The notes: generated by a model from the letters alone, not told the origin. Shown: positions 8,982 through 19,004, counted from the stretch's first letter. The stretch: DNA of 32,919 nt from an uncultured Acidimicrobiia bacterium (GCA_964347285.1 CAYFYE010000014.1:1-32919), one strand, 5' to 3'. Translations and numbers: made by a program.

Positions 8982-10161
8982 TGGGGCCCACCTCCACGAT
9001 CAGGGCGTCCCCCTGTCCGCCCCCTCCGCACAGGGCAGCCCCGCCCCGGCCCCCGCCCCGCCGCTGGAGTGCGTTGATGAGGGTGACGACCAGGCGGGCT
9101 CCGGTGGCCCCCAAGGGGTGGCCCAGGGCGACCGCACCACCGTGAACGTTGACCCGGTCGTGAGAGAGGTCGAGTAGCCGCGCCGACCACAGGGCCACCG
9201 CGGCAAAGGCCTCGTTGATCTCCACCAGCTCCAGATCGCCCGGCGACATCGAGGCCCGTTTCAGGGCGATGCGCAGCGCTTCGGCGGGCCGCTCATGGAG
9301 GGTGGGGTCGGGCCCGGCCGTCTGCCCGTAGGCAACGATCTCGGCCAGGATCGGTAGCCCGGCCGCCTCGGCCGCTTCCCGGTCGGCGACCACCAGCGCG
9401 GCCGCTCCGTCCGAGATCTGCGAGGAGTTGCCGGCCGTGATCGTGCCGTCTTCGCTGAAGGCCGGTTTCAGGGCCGCCAGACCCTGGGCAGTGGTGTCGG
9501 GGCGGATGCCCTCATCGCAGTCGACCACCAGTGGATCGCCCTTGCGCCGAGGCACCGTCACCGCCACCAGCTCGGAGGCCACGGCCCCCGCTTCAGTGGC
9601 TTCGAGGGCCCGGGCGTGGCTGGCCGCCGACCACTCGTCCTGCTCCTCCCGCCCGATGCCGAGCTGGGCGTTCTTGCGGTCGGACGACTCGCCCATCGTG
9701 CATTCGTCGAAACTGCACCACAGGCCGTCGTGGATTATGGCATCGACCACCTCCGAGTCCCCGATGCGCTGTCCCCAGCGGGTCTGTGGCAGCAGATAGG
9801 GGGCGTTGCTCATCGACTCCATGCCGCCGGCGACGATGAAGTTGGCCTCGCCGAGGCGGATGTGGCGATCGGCTTCGGCGATGGCGGTCATCCCCGACAG
9901 GCACACTTTGTTGATGGTGGTGGCCGGCACGGTCATGGGGATGCCGGCCCGCTTGGCCGCCTGGCGGCTGGTGATCTGGCCGGCGCCGGCGCCGATGACA
10001 TGCCCAAAGAGGACCTCGTCCAGCTGGTCCGGGGCCAGGCCGGAGCGCTCGACGGCCGCCGAAATGGCGATCCCGCCCAGTTCCACGGCATGAAGGGGGC
10101 GGTACACGCCGCCGAACTTGCCGATCGGGGTTCGGGCGATCGACGTTATGACGCTGGCCAT
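8974..10161 (-). CDS. Acetyl-CoA C-acetyltransferase (thiolase)
   Basis: ARTPIGKF, NKVCLSG, NEAF, GHPLGATG, CGGGGQG. ATG 10161 has GGAGG upstream. Confidence 0.95.
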   Translation of the reverse strand: MASVITSIARTPIGKFGGVYRPLHAVELGGIAISAAVERSGLAPDQLDEVLFGHVIGAGAGQITSRQAAKRAGIPMTVPATTINKVCLSGMTAIAEADRHIRLGEANFIVAGGMESMSNAPYLLPQTRWGQRIGDSEVVDAIIHDGLWCSFDECTMGESSDRKNAQLGIGREEQDEWSAASHARALEATEAGAVASELVAVTVPRRKGDPLVVDCDEGIRPDTTAQGLAALKPAFSEDGTITAGNSSQISDGAAALVVADREAAEAAGLPILAEIVAYGQTAGPDPTLHERPAEALRIALKRASMSPGDLELVEINEAFAAVALWSARLLDLSHDRVNVHGGAVALGHPLGATGARLVVTLINALQRRGGGRGGAALCGGGGQGDALIVEVGPNG

Positions 10162-10235
10162 GTGAGAGGACCTCCGCCACCAATCTACCGAGGCCGCCGC
10201 CGATGCCGGTAGGGGCGGCAGCGTAGAGTGCCCCT

Positions 10236-10643
10236 GTGCTGCCTTACAACCTAGACCATGTGGCAGTGGCCGTGGCCGACCTGGATTCCGCCATAGCCGA
10301 CCATCGCCGCCTGTTCGGCGTGGAGCCGCTGTATCGCGAGGTCGTCGAGGACCAAGGCGTCGAGGAGGCCATGCTGCCGCTCGGGGGTTCGTTTGTACAG
10401 CTCTTGGCCCCGCTCGACCCCGACACCCCGGTGGGCCGCTTCCTGGCCAAACGGGGCGAGGGCCTCCACCACATCGCCTATGCGGTTGCCGACATCGAGG
10501 CGGCGCTATCCCACCTCGAAGCGGAAGGTGCCGTCCTGGTGGACGAGCTGCCTCGGCCCGGTGGGCGGGGGGCCCGCATCGCCTTCGTGCACCCCAGGAC
10601 ATTCTCGGGCACGCTCATCGAGCTGGTGGAGGGGGAGGAATGA
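10236..10643 (+). CDS. mce: Methylmalonyl-CoA epimerase (VOC family)
   Basis: LDHVAVAV, FLAKRGEGLHHIAY, AFVHPR...GTLIELVE. Divergent from a thiolase, as in other actinobacteria. Confidence 0.93.
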   Translation: MLPYNLDHVAVAVADLDSAIADHRRLFGVEPLYREVVEDQGVEEAMLPLGGSFVQLLAPLDPDTPVGRFLAKRGEGLHHIAYAVADIEAALSHLEAEGAVLVDELPRPGGRGARIAFVHPRTFSGTLIELVEGEE

Positions 10644-10864
10644 CCGTTCGCTATGAGATCATCGGTGGGGCCGGTCCCTATGAGGCCGCCGCCATCGCCG
10701 CTGCCATCGCCGCCGTGATCTCCGAGCAAATCGAGGCGGCCGCCACGCCCCCCCAGCGACCCCGGCAGAGCCCGTGGGTAGTGGCCGGGCGGCCCGGGCT
10801 GAGCGAGGAACGGGTCGAGGGCTGGATCCTTGACGAAGGTGTGGAGCCGACCGGCCTGAGCTAG
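10640..10864 (+). CDS. Acyl-CoA carboxylase epsilon subunit-like small protein
   Basis: ATGA overlap with mce. IIGGAGPYEAAAIAAAI...SPWVVAGR resembles the AccE/PccE pattern (E-x-AA helix, late Trp and Arg). Confidence 0.6.
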   Translation: MTVRYEIIGGAGPYEAAAIAAAIAAVISEQIEAAATPPQRPRQSPWVVAGRPGLSEERVEGWILDEGVEPTGLS

Positions 10865-12186
10865 GACGTGGCCGGGGAGGGCTTGGTCTGCCTCTCGGGA
10901 GGATGGGCCTGGGCCGCCGATCGCTGCTCTGCGGTGGCGGCCGTCACCAGCTTGACGGTGAAGCAGAACCGGGAGCCGGTGGGGAAACGGGGCTCGTACC
11001 AGAGGTCGCCCCCCATAACGCGGATCAAACGTCGGGCGATTGGAAGACCCAGGCCAATGCCGGTGGCAGACCGGTCGTCGCCCATCGACCCCTGCTCGAA
11101 GTGCTCGAAGATTCGATCTCGGTCCTTTTCGGCCACCCCGATGCCGTTGTCGGACACGACCACCTCCATCATCCTCGGCCCGGGGTCGCCCTCGATGAGA
11201 ATCTGATCGCCGCCGTACCGGAAAGCGTTGGTGACCAGGTTGCGGACCACCTGTTGCATACGTTGTGGATCGGCCTTCACATAGATCCCGGCCGGGATGG
11301 CCACAGCCGCCGCCCGGCCCGGGTATTCGGCCGCCAACACCTCGGTGATGTGATGGACCACCGGTCGGAGCTCAAACTCCTCCATCTTCAGCGGGAGACG
11401 GCCCGCCTCGATGCGGGGGATCACCAGGACGTCTTCGACCAGGTGGCTGAGGTGCTGGGTCTCGGATTGGACGATGCCCAGGAACTCGTCGATCTCGGAG
11501 GCTTCAAGCCGGTCCCACTCGTCGCGCAGCGTTTCGACGAACCCGGCTATGGAGGTGAGCGGGGTCCGCAACTCGTGACTGACGATCGACACGAACTCGT
11601 TCTTGAGGCGCACCGCCTCCCGCTCGGACTGGAGGGCGAGTTGATGGCGGGAACGGGCACCGAGGAACGATCGGGAGGCGACGACCAGCAAGACGACCAC
11701 TACCCCGAGCAGAACGCCGGCGCCTATGCGGCTGAAGGCGGTCACGTTGCTTTGGACGTATTGGCCCGCCACGGCCAGCGGCGCCCACAGCAACACGGCT
11801 ACCGTCCAGACGGCGGTGTAGAGGCCGAGGATCGTGCCCCGCTTCGGGGGGAGCAACAGCAGGGCCCCGAACAGCAGGTAGAGGAGGGCGACGGCGGCGG
11901 TGGCGTCGGGTTGGCCGACGAGCAGGATCATTCCCCCGGCCAAGCTGGCGTCGACCAGCAGGCTGCCATAGGCAGACAGGCACCCCCGCCGAAGGCAGCC
12001 CAAGGCGTGCACGGCGATCACCGCGCCGGGCACGATCATGTGTGAAGATCCCGGTATGTGCCAGCGCAGGGTCAGGACGCCCACCAGGGCGATCAGGATG
12101 CCGCCTACGGCACGCACGACCTGGTAGCTCCGGCCGAACTCGTCGTAGTCGATCGGAGCAGTGGAATCGTCGAACTCCGGCTTCAT
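10861..12186 (-). CDS. Membrane sensor histidine kinase
   Basis: About 5-6 TM segments, H-box VSHELRTPLTSI, N-box NLVTNAFRY, DNGIG, GIGLGL. Start ATG 12186 or GTG 12222. Confidence 0.93.
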   Translation of the reverse strand: MKPEFDDSTAPIDYDEFGRSYQVVRAVGGILIALVGVLTLRWHIPGSSHMIVPGAVIAVHALGCLRRGCLSAYGSLLVDASLAGGMILLVGQPDATAAVALLYLLFGALLLLPPKRGTILGLYTAVWTVAVLLWAPLAVAGQYVQSNVTAFSRIGAGVLLGVVVVLLVVASRSFLGARSRHQLALQSEREAVRLKNEFVSIVSHELRTPLTSIAGFVETLRDEWDRLEASEIDEFLGIVQSETQHLSHLVEDVLVIPRIEAGRLPLKMEEFELRPVVHHITEVLAAEYPGRAAAVAIPAGIYVKADPQRMQQVVRNLVTNAFRYGGDQILIEGDPGPRMMEVVVSDNGIGVAEKDRDRIFEHFEQGSMGDDRSATGIGLGLPIARRLIRVMGGDLWYEPRFPTGSRFCFTVKLVTAATAEQRSAAQAHPPERQTKPSPATS

Positions 12187-12259
12187 TCTCCACTCCGGCG
12201 GGACCGGTCCTTGGCAGTCCACGGTGTCGTATCGGCCTGCCGGGGCCGGTAGTGAAGGA

Positions 12260-13108
12260 CTAGTCCCCTCGACCGCGTAGAGCGCGCAGCTGGTGGACGG
12301 GCGTGTCGGGGACCTCGAGATCGCCGCGGCCGATCCCCAATTCCACGTCGGGCTTGTAGCGGCCGTGGTAGTCCGAGCCGCCGGTGGCCACCAGGCCCAG
12401 ATCGGTCGCTAGTCGGGCCAGGTGGTCTCGCTCATCGGGGGTGTACTCGCCGTAGTAGCACTCGATACCGGCCACGCCCGCCTCGGCGGCGCTCAGCAGG
12501 GCTTTTCGGTACTCGGCGGCGCTCACCCCGAGCGTATGGGGATGGGCTACCACCGGAACCGCTCCCGAGGCCTTGGCCAGATCGATCGCGGCCCGATAAT
12601 CGAGGCGGGGGCGATCTCGATAGGCGGGTCGGCCCGTACCCAGGTACTGATCGAACGCCGACGCCATGTCGGCGACGACGCCCTTGCGTACCAGCAGCGC
12701 CGCCATGTGGGGACGGCCGGCACCCCTCCCCATGGCTTCTGCGTCCAGCTCGTGGTGAGTGATGTCGATGCCGAGGTCCCGCAGAGCCTCCACCATCTCT
12801 TGGTTGCGGTCGGAGCGGCCCCGCCGCAGCTCGTCGAGGTGGTCCTGGAGAGGGCCTGGTCCGGGCTCCAGGTGGTAGACGAGGAGGTGCATCGATCCGC
12901 CCAGCCAGTCGACCGACAGCTCCACGCCGGGAATCAGCTCGATGCCGACCTCGGTGGCCGTAGCGCGGGCCTCGGCGATTCCGTCGAGAGTGTCGTGATC
13001 GGTCAGAGCGACGGCGGTCAGGCCCCTGCGAGCGGCCTCTTCCACCACTCGGGCCGGCGGGTCCGATCCGTCGGAGAAGATGCTGTGGGTGTGCAGATCG
13101 ACGGCCAT
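12260..13108 (-). CDS. PHP-domain metal-dependent phosphoesterase (TrpH/YciV family)
   Basis: DLHTHSIFSDG, ALTDHDT, GRPH, AHP, GGSDYHG. Confidence 0.93.
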   Translation of the reverse strand: MAVDLHTHSIFSDGSDPPARVVEEAARRGLTAVALTDHDTLDGIAEARATATEVGIELIPGVELSVDWLGGSMHLLVYHLEPGPGPLQDHLDELRRGRSDRNQEMVEALRDLGIDITHHELDAEAMGRGAGRPHMAALLVRKGVVADMASAFDQYLGTGRPAYRDRPRLDYRAAIDLAKASGAVPVVAHPHTLGVSAAEYRKALLSAAEAGVAGIECYYGEYTPDERDHLARLATDLGLVATGGSDYHGRYKPDVELGIGRGDLEVPDTPVHQLRALRGRGD

Positions 13109-13115
13109 CGGCCGC

Positions 13116-14136
13116 TCAGGCGCCCTGGAGCGCCACGCCGTTCAGGAAGACGGCCTCCTGTGGATTCTCTCCGGCCACCTGCACCGCCTCGAGCCTGTCG
13201 AGCACGTCGAAGCCCTCGACGACTCGGCCGAAAACGGTGAAGTTGGGGGGAAGCTGGGCGTCCTGGAACACGATGAAGAACTGGCTGCCGTTGGTGTTGG
13301 GTCCGGAGTTGGCCATGGCCAGCATGCCTCGCTCGTAGGTGAAGTCGGCGGGGGGCAACTCGTCTTCGAATCGGTAACCGGGTCCGCCCCGCCCGGTGGC
13401 GGTGGGGTCACCGGCCTGGAACACGAAGCCGGGGACGATGCGATGGGAAACGGTCCCGTCGAAGTAGCCCTGGCGGGCCAAGAAGACGAACGAGTTCACG
13501 GCCATCGGCGCGGTCTCGGCGTCGAGGCCGACGACGATGTCGCCGCACGACGTGGCGATGGTGGCGGTGACTTCGGCGCTGGGATCGATTCCCTGGTCCT
13601 CCGGAGCATCGAAGCTCATCTCTCGGGCCGGCTCGGGCAGCGCCCCTCCACAGGCGACGGGCAGGGCCCGGAAGCTCTCGTACTCGGGGGTCTGGACCGA
13701 TCCTTCGGGCATGGGGCTCTCCTCGCTGGTCGTGGGTGTTGTCGTTGCGGTGGTCGGTTCGGCCTCGTCGGTTGCCGGCGTCGTGGCGGCGGCCTGGGTG
13801 GTGGCGGCGGCCTGGGTGGTGGCGGCNNNNNNNNNNNNNNNNNNNNNNNNNNNNNNNNNNNNNNNNNNNNNNNNNNNNNNNNNNNNNNNNNNNNNNNNNN
13901 NNNNNNNNNNNNNNNNNNNNNNNNNNGGCGGCCTGGGTGGTGGCGGCGGCCTGGTCGGCTCCATCATCTCTGCTGGCCAGAAAAGCAAACACGAGCCCGA
14001 CCACCGTCACCGCCACGGCTACGATCGCCGCGGTGCGTAATCCCCGAAGCATGCGGGCTCGGCGGGCCGCCCGTTCCCGTTCGCGGCGTGCCTCCTGACG
14101 CCGGGCTCGCTGGCGCTCTCTCTTCTCGGTTGGCAT
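13116..14136 (-). CDS. Membrane-anchored cyclophilin-type peptidyl-prolyl isomerase (spans the assembly gap)
   Basis: N-terminal part MPTEKRERQR plus a TM (14136-13927). C-terminal part with HRIVPGFVFQAGDPTATGRGGPGY, AMANSGPNTNGSQFFI, TVFG. The frame change is explained by the 100-N gap. Confidence 0.9.
13783..13954. repeat. 18-bp tandem repeat (GTGGCGGCGGCCTGGGTG) encoding QAAATT, interrupted by the gap
   Basis: Identical units flank both sides of the N run. Confidence 0.9.
13827..13926. other. Assembly gap (100 N)
   Basis: Run of N. Confidence 1.
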
Positions 14137-14221
14137 GAAGCGGCATGTTACGCCCGGGATGGGCAGGGCCTCGGGAGATACCTCTTCGTCGGCCCGGCAG
14201 GGCGGCTGCCAGACTCGGCCG

Positions 14222-14716
14222 GTGCACGAGACCGCCGACGACCTCGGCCGCCTGCAGGACTTGCTGGATCGCAGCCATGAGAACGCCGGCCCTCACCTGC
14301 TCGAGATCATCACACCCGAGCGTCGGATCAGTGCGGAGAGGCTGATCGAACTGCTCCAGGGGGTACGGGTGCTAACCCTGGCGACCGTGACCGCCGATGG
14401 GCGCCCACTGGTGAGTCCGGTAGATGGCCTCTTCTACCGGGGAGAGTTCTGGTTCGGCTCATCGCCCGCTTCGGTCCGGTTTCGGCACCTACGCCGCCGG
14501 CCGTGGGTGAGCGCCACGTTTGCAGAGGGCGAGCGGTTGGCGGTGACCGTCCACGGCCGCGCCGAGGTGGTCGATCTCGCCGAACCGGCCACCGCGGGGT
14601 TTCGCGCCTATTGCCTCGAAACGTACGGCCGGGGTTGGGAGGACTGGGGGTCGGAGGCTTTCTACGCTTGCATCCGGGCCGACAAGATGTTTGCACTCGA
14701 GATCCCCGGGGCCTGA
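14222..14716 (+). CDS. Pyridoxamine 5'-phosphate oxidase-like (split beta-barrel flavin/F420-binding) protein
   Basis: LATVTADGRPLVSPV...SVRFRHLRRRPWVS...VTVHGRA. GTG start. Confidence 0.85.
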   Translation: MHETADDLGRLQDLLDRSHENAGPHLLEIITPERRISAERLIELLQGVRVLTLATVTADGRPLVSPVDGLFYRGEFWFGSSPASVRFRHLRRRPWVSATFAEGERLAVTVHGRAEVVDLAEPATAGFRAYCLETYGRGWEDWGSEAFYACIRADKMFALEIPGA

Positions 14717-14760
14717 AGGGCGTTCACCGGAGACCGGGGGGTCGTCGGTACACTCGCTGC

Positions 14761-15993
14761 GTGGCCCTGATCGTGCAGAAGTACGGCGGAACGTCGGTGG
14801 CCGACGCCGAGCGCATAAGGGCAGTCGCCAAGCGGGTCGTGGCGGCCCGACGGCGCGGCGATGACGTGGTCGTGGTGGTGTCGGCGATGGGCGAGACGAC
14901 CGACGACTTGATGCGGCTTTCCAGTGAGGTCAGCGGAGGGGTTCATGCCCGGGAGATGGACATGCTGCTCACCGCCGGCGAGCGGATCTCGATGGCGCTC
15001 ACCGCCATGGCCATACGCGACCACGGGGTGGAGGCGATGAGCCTCACCGGCTCCCAGGCCGGAATCCTCACCGACGCCGCCCACGGCCAGGCCAAGATTC
15101 AGGAGATCAGGGGGGACCGGGTACGAGAGGGACTGTCTTCGGGCAAAGTCGTGATCGTGGCCGGCTTCCAGGGCGTCGACCCCACCAGCCGCGAGATAAC
15201 CACTCTCGGCCGCGGTGGCTCCGATACCACCGCGGTAGCCATGGCAGCTGCCCTGGGAGCGGACGTGTGCGAGATCTACACGGATGTGGACGGGGTGCTC
15301 ACCGCCGATCCGAGGATCGTGCCGGAGGCTCGTAAGCTGGTCGAGATCTCGTACGAAGAGATGCTCGAGCTGGCCGCCGCCGGTGCGGGAGTGTTGATGG
15401 CCAGGTCGGTGGAAGTGGGGCGACGGTACGGCATCCCCATCCACGTGCGCTCCTCGTTCCATGAAGGCGAGGGGACTTGGGTGAAGGAGGCGACAATGGC
15501 CATGGAGCAGGCAATCGTGAGCGGGGTGGCCCACGGCGCCGACGCGGCCAAAGTGACGGTACACGGCGTGCCCGACCGTCCCGGGGTGGCCGCCGCCCTT
15601 TTCCGGCCCCTTGGAGAGCGCGGGATCGGCATCGACATGATCGTGCAGAACGTCTCCACCGACGGCATCACCGACATCAGCTTCACCGTGCCCAAGGCGC
15701 TGGCGGCCGTCGCCGTCGACGCCGCTGAGGCGGCCGGTTCCGAACTGGGGGCCCGAGGGGTGGACGTCGATGTGGATGTGGCCAAGGTCTCAGTGGTAGG
15801 GGCCGGCATGCAGGCCGATCCGGGGGTGGCGGCCCGCATGTTCTCGATACTCGCCGAGCACGGGGTCAACATCGAGATGATCTCCACGTCGGACATTCGC
15901 ATCTCCTGCATCGTCAAGGGAGGCAGCCTCGAGGAGGCGGTACGCAGTCTTCACGACGCCTTCCAACCGCCGCTCTACGAGGAGAGACCGTGA
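14761..15993 (+). CDS. ask: Aspartate kinase
   Basis: ALIVQKYGGTSV, TTLGRGGSDTTA, YTDVDGVLTADPR, two ACT domains. Confidence 0.97.
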   Translation: MALIVQKYGGTSVADAERIRAVAKRVVAARRRGDDVVVVVSAMGETTDDLMRLSSEVSGGVHAREMDMLLTAGERISMALTAMAIRDHGVEAMSLTGSQAGILTDAAHGQAKIQEIRGDRVREGLSSGKVVIVAGFQGVDPTSREITTLGRGGSDTTAVAMAAALGADVCEIYTDVDGVLTADPRIVPEARKLVEISYEEMLELAAAGAGVLMARSVEVGRRYGIPIHVRSSFHEGEGTWVKEATMAMEQAIVSGVAHGADAAKVTVHGVPDRPGVAAALFRPLGERGIGIDMIVQNVSTDGITDISFTVPKALAAVAVDAAEAAGSELGARGVDVDVDVAKVSVVGAGMQADPGVAARMFSILAEHGVNIEMISTSDIRISCIVKGGSLEEAVRSLHDAFQPPLYEERP

Positions 15994-17000
15994 TCTCGGT
16001 GGCCGTCGTCGGCGCTACCGGTGCCGTTGGGCGGGTGATGCTGTCGATTCTCCAGGAGCGGACATTCCCGATCGACGACTTGCGGCTGATGGCTTCGGCC
16101 CGGTCGGCGGGACAGAAGGTGCCCACACCTTGGGGTTCTGTCGAGGTGGAGGACCTCGAGCGTGCCGATCCGGCCGGGATCGACATCGCTCTCTTCTCGG
16201 CGGGTGGAGACCGGTCGCGTCGGTTTGCCCCGGACTTCGCCGAAGCCGGAGCGGTGGTCATCGACAACTCGTCGGCCTTTCGCATGGACCCGAAAGTCCC
16301 GCTGGTCGTGGCCGGGGTCAATGACGAGGCCATCGGCAGCCACCGGGGCATCGTTGCCAATCCCAATTGCACGACGATGAACCTGATGATGGCGGCCGCC
16401 CCCCTTCATCGGACCGCCGGGCTGGCCGCCATGGTGGCCACTTCTTACCAAGCGGTGTCGGGATCGGGCCAGAAGGGCATCGACGAACTGGTCGATCAGG
16501 CCGAGTTGCTGGGCAAGGATCGGGATGCGCTCATCGAGGGGGGCTGGTCCGATCCGGGGAGCGAGGTCTACGTGCGTCCGATCGGTTGGAACGTGCTCCC
16601 GTTCGCCGGATCGGCGGGCGAGGAGGGTTACACCGATGAGGAATGGAAGCTGGTCAACGAAAGCCGCAAGATCCTCGGGATCCCCGATCTGCCCGTCGAG
16701 CCGACCTGCGTGCGTGTGCCGGTGATGGTGGGCCACGGCATCGCCGCCTCCTTGCGTTTCGAGCGGGACCTCAGTGTCGACGAGGCTACCGAGGTGCTGG
16801 GCCGGGCTCCGGGGGTGGAGGTGTGGCAGGAGGTAGTCCCCACCCCGCTCGACTCGGCAGGACGCGACGAGGTGCTGGTGGGCCGTATCCGTTCCACCGT
16901 GGGGGAAGCGGGGGGCATCAACCTCTGGGTGGTGGGGGACAACCTGCGCAAAGGCGCCGCCCTCAACGCCGTTCAGCTGGCCGAGTTACTGGTGGGCTGA
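15990..17000 (+). CDS. asd: Aspartate-semialdehyde dehydrogenase
   Basis: VVGATGAVG, NPNCTT, TCVRVPV, DNLRKGAALNAVQ. GTGA overlap with ask. Confidence 0.97.
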   Translation: MISVAVVGATGAVGRVMLSILQERTFPIDDLRLMASARSAGQKVPTPWGSVEVEDLERADPAGIDIALFSAGGDRSRRFAPDFAEAGAVVIDNSSAFRMDPKVPLVVAGVNDEAIGSHRGIVANPNCTTMNLMMAAAPLHRTAGLAAMVATSYQAVSGSGQKGIDELVDQAELLGKDRDALIEGGWSDPGSEVYVRPIGWNVLPFAGSAGEEGYTDEEWKLVNESRKILGIPDLPVEPTCVRVPVMVGHGIAASLRFERDLSVDEATEVLGRAPGVEVWQEVVPTPLDSAGRDEVLVGRIRSTVGEAGGINLWVVGDNLRKGAALNAVQLAELLVG

Positions 17001-17003
17001 GGT

Positions 17004-17576
17004 TCAGTGGTGATGGTCGAGACCATGGCCGTGGTCTCCGTGTTCGTCCTCCCAGGGCGCCATTTCGGCGGGATCGGCTGAACCCCAGGCTTCCTCGGGC
17101 GGCATCTCAGCTTCGGCGATGGCCAGCTCCTGATGGCGTAGGTAGTCGTTCTCGGACGTCTGCGCCATCGACAAGACGACCAGCGACGCCAGCGAGCCGA
17201 TCACCTGCACCCAGCCGTTGGCGGCCAGCCAGGCGAAGAGGAGGGCCACCAGGGCCGGATCGATGCCGAGTCCGATACGGAAGAGCGCCGTCGAGGCGTA
17301 GTCGGCTACGTGTCCCGGTTCGACGGGTCGTCTCCGCCAATAGCGGGTCACGAATCCGGCAATCACGGCAATGATCGCCACGACGATGATGCCGATCCAC
17401 GCAGGCACGATGTCATCGTCCCGAGCGGTGGCGACCGCGCCACCGATCGGTATCAAGGCGAGGGCGATGACGTAGGCGAGTCCGTGCACTATCTGCAGTG
17501 CCGGCATCCATCGGGCCGGTGCCGGAATTGTCATCAGTGGAGACAGTAACGGTTCCGGGTGCTCCTGTGGTGGCAA
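17004..17576 (-). CDS. Hypothetical 4-TM membrane protein with an acidic, His-rich C-terminus
   Basis: Four hydrophobic segments and the tail DEHGDHGHGLDHHH. Start TTG 17576 or ATG 17534. Confidence 0.7.
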   Translation of the reverse strand: MPPQEHPEPLLSPLMTIPAPARWMPALQIVHGLAYVIALALIPIGGAVATARDDDIVPAWIGIIVVAIIAVIAGFVTRYWRRRPVEPGHVADYASTALFRIGLGIDPALVALLFAWLAANGWVQVIGSLASLVVLSMAQTSENDYLRHQELAIAEAEMPPEEAWGSADPAEMAPWEDEHGDHGHGLDHHH

Positions 17577-17736
17577 GCGGAGGTGTCATCCACGGATGCG
17601 TCCCTCAAGCGCTTGCCACCGGGGAGTGCTGATGAGCTTCCGGCCGTCATCGCCGAGTCGCACCGGCACGCGATGTCGATCTCGATCGTGACGGGTGATA
17701 CCGAAAGGGCGGCGCTCCCGGAACCGGATTCCCGCT

Positions 17737-18621
17737 CTAGCCGGCCTCGGACAGCTCCACGAGGGCTTCGAGGATGTCTCCCAGCCGGTTTGTCAGCAGG
17801 GAGATGTGCCCTTCGTCTTCCAAAAGCCGCGGCCGAGAGGGAACGATGTGGGCGTGCAGCCATTCACCGTGGGCGAACGGCACCATACGGTCATGTCGGC
17901 CCTGCCACACGGCGACCGGCACTTCAATCGCCGCCGGGTCGAAACCCCATGGTTTCACGAAAGCAAGATCATCGTCGAGCCAACCCTCGAGGCCCGCGGC
18001 AGCGCCCAGCCGCAGCGACCTGGCCATCATGTCCGCCAGCTCCCCAGTCAACGCGACCCGGTCGACCTCCGAGACCAGGCCGGCGAGCGATGCCGCCACC
18101 TCCTCGGCGCTCACGGCAGAAAAGTGTTCGGCGTATCTCTCCAGGAAGGGGCGCAGGGCTTCCTCCCCGCCGAGCACGGTCGTGAACTCCTCGACGTTCT
18201 CATCGGCCATGCCGGCCATCCAGTCGAGATCGTCGGCATCGAACGGCGCTACCCCTGCCAAACTGACCCCTGCCAGGCATCGGTTTAAGAGCAGCGCAGC
18301 ACACGCCAGCGCGTGCGGTCCACCACCCGAATGACCCAAGACCACGAACTGTTGGGCCCCGAGGTCGTCCAGGACGGCGGCAGTATCGGCGGCGGCGTGG
18401 GCAATCGAACGGCCCCGATGACGCGTCGAACCCGAATAGCCGGGACGGGCGTAGCTGATCAGGCGCAAACCATGGCGGCGCGCCGCCCCATCGAGCGAAT
18501 CCCATCGAACGGGCGGTGCGGGGGTCCCCGCGTGGAACACCAACGCCAGACCTTCGTCGGCGCCACCGAGCAGGAGATTCACGGATCGCTCACCAACGCG
18601 AACCCACCGCGATCCACTCAC
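17737..18621 (-). CDS. Alpha/beta fold hydrolase
   Basis: RPGYSGS, GHSGGG nucleophile, D in HDRMVP, H in EGHIS. Confidence 0.92.
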   Translation of the reverse strand: MSGSRWVRVGERSVNLLLGGADEGLALVFHAGTPAPPVRWDSLDGAARRHGLRLISYARPGYSGSTRHRGRSIAHAAADTAAVLDDLGAQQFVVLGHSGGGPHALACAALLLNRCLAGVSLAGVAPFDADDLDWMAGMADENVEEFTTVLGGEEALRPFLERYAEHFSAVSAEEVAASLAGLVSEVDRVALTGELADMMARSLRLGAAAGLEGWLDDDLAFVKPWGFDPAAIEVPVAVWQGRHDRMVPFAHGEWLHAHIVPSRPRLLEDEGHISLLTNRLGDILEALVELSEAG

Positions 18622-18758
18622 GACGTCACGCTACCCGGCATCGGCCTGTGCCGATTGCATGTGTGCGAATCAGGGTTCGAGGTCAGGTGAGCACCTCGAC
18701 AAAGGGCAGCCGTAGCCGTACCGCAGCGAACTGTGAAGCTTCGGCCTTCCACCGCTCC

Positions 18759-19004
18759 TCAGCCGGTGAGGCCGGCCAGGGCGCGCGGCACCACCCGGAA
18801 CGGCACCGTCGCCGCTCTGGTCTGGTCGACCGTACCGGCGAGCAGGAAACCAAGCCGGGGAGCGTGCCACAGCCACGACCCGGTGGAACCGGTGTGTCCG
18901 ATCAGCGCAGGTATGCGCAACCCCCCGGCCAGCCAACGGGACGGGGCGAACCGCATCATGCCGAGGCCGTATTCGATGGGCCAGCTCGGTGCGCGCAAAG
19001 ACGG
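18759..19004 (-). pseudogene. C-terminal fragment of a serine hydrolase (beta-lactamase/PBP-like family)
   Basis: WPIEYGLGMMRF...LIGHTGSTGSWLWHAP...AGTVDQ resembles the C-terminal third of this family. No SxxK-containing N-terminus upstream. Confidence 0.7.

Noticed and set aside
13783..13954. CRISPR array
   Set aside because: The units are contiguous with no spacers, lie in frame within a gene, and no cas genes are present.
13116..14136. Frameshifted cyclophilin pseudogene
   Set aside because: The frame change comes from the arbitrary 100-N gap length.
14714..14760. UGA read-through after the PNPOx-like gene, or a lysine riboswitch before ask
   Set aside because: The protein is complete at the TGA and the extension is short and featureless. 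The 44-bp gap is too small for a riboswitch.
17600..17725. Hammerhead ribozyme-like words CTGATGAG ... CGAAA in the intergenic region
   Set aside because: Stems I and II cannot pair flush against the core (mismatches at the closing positions and extra bases after the putative cleavage site). An Infernal/Rfam search would settle it.
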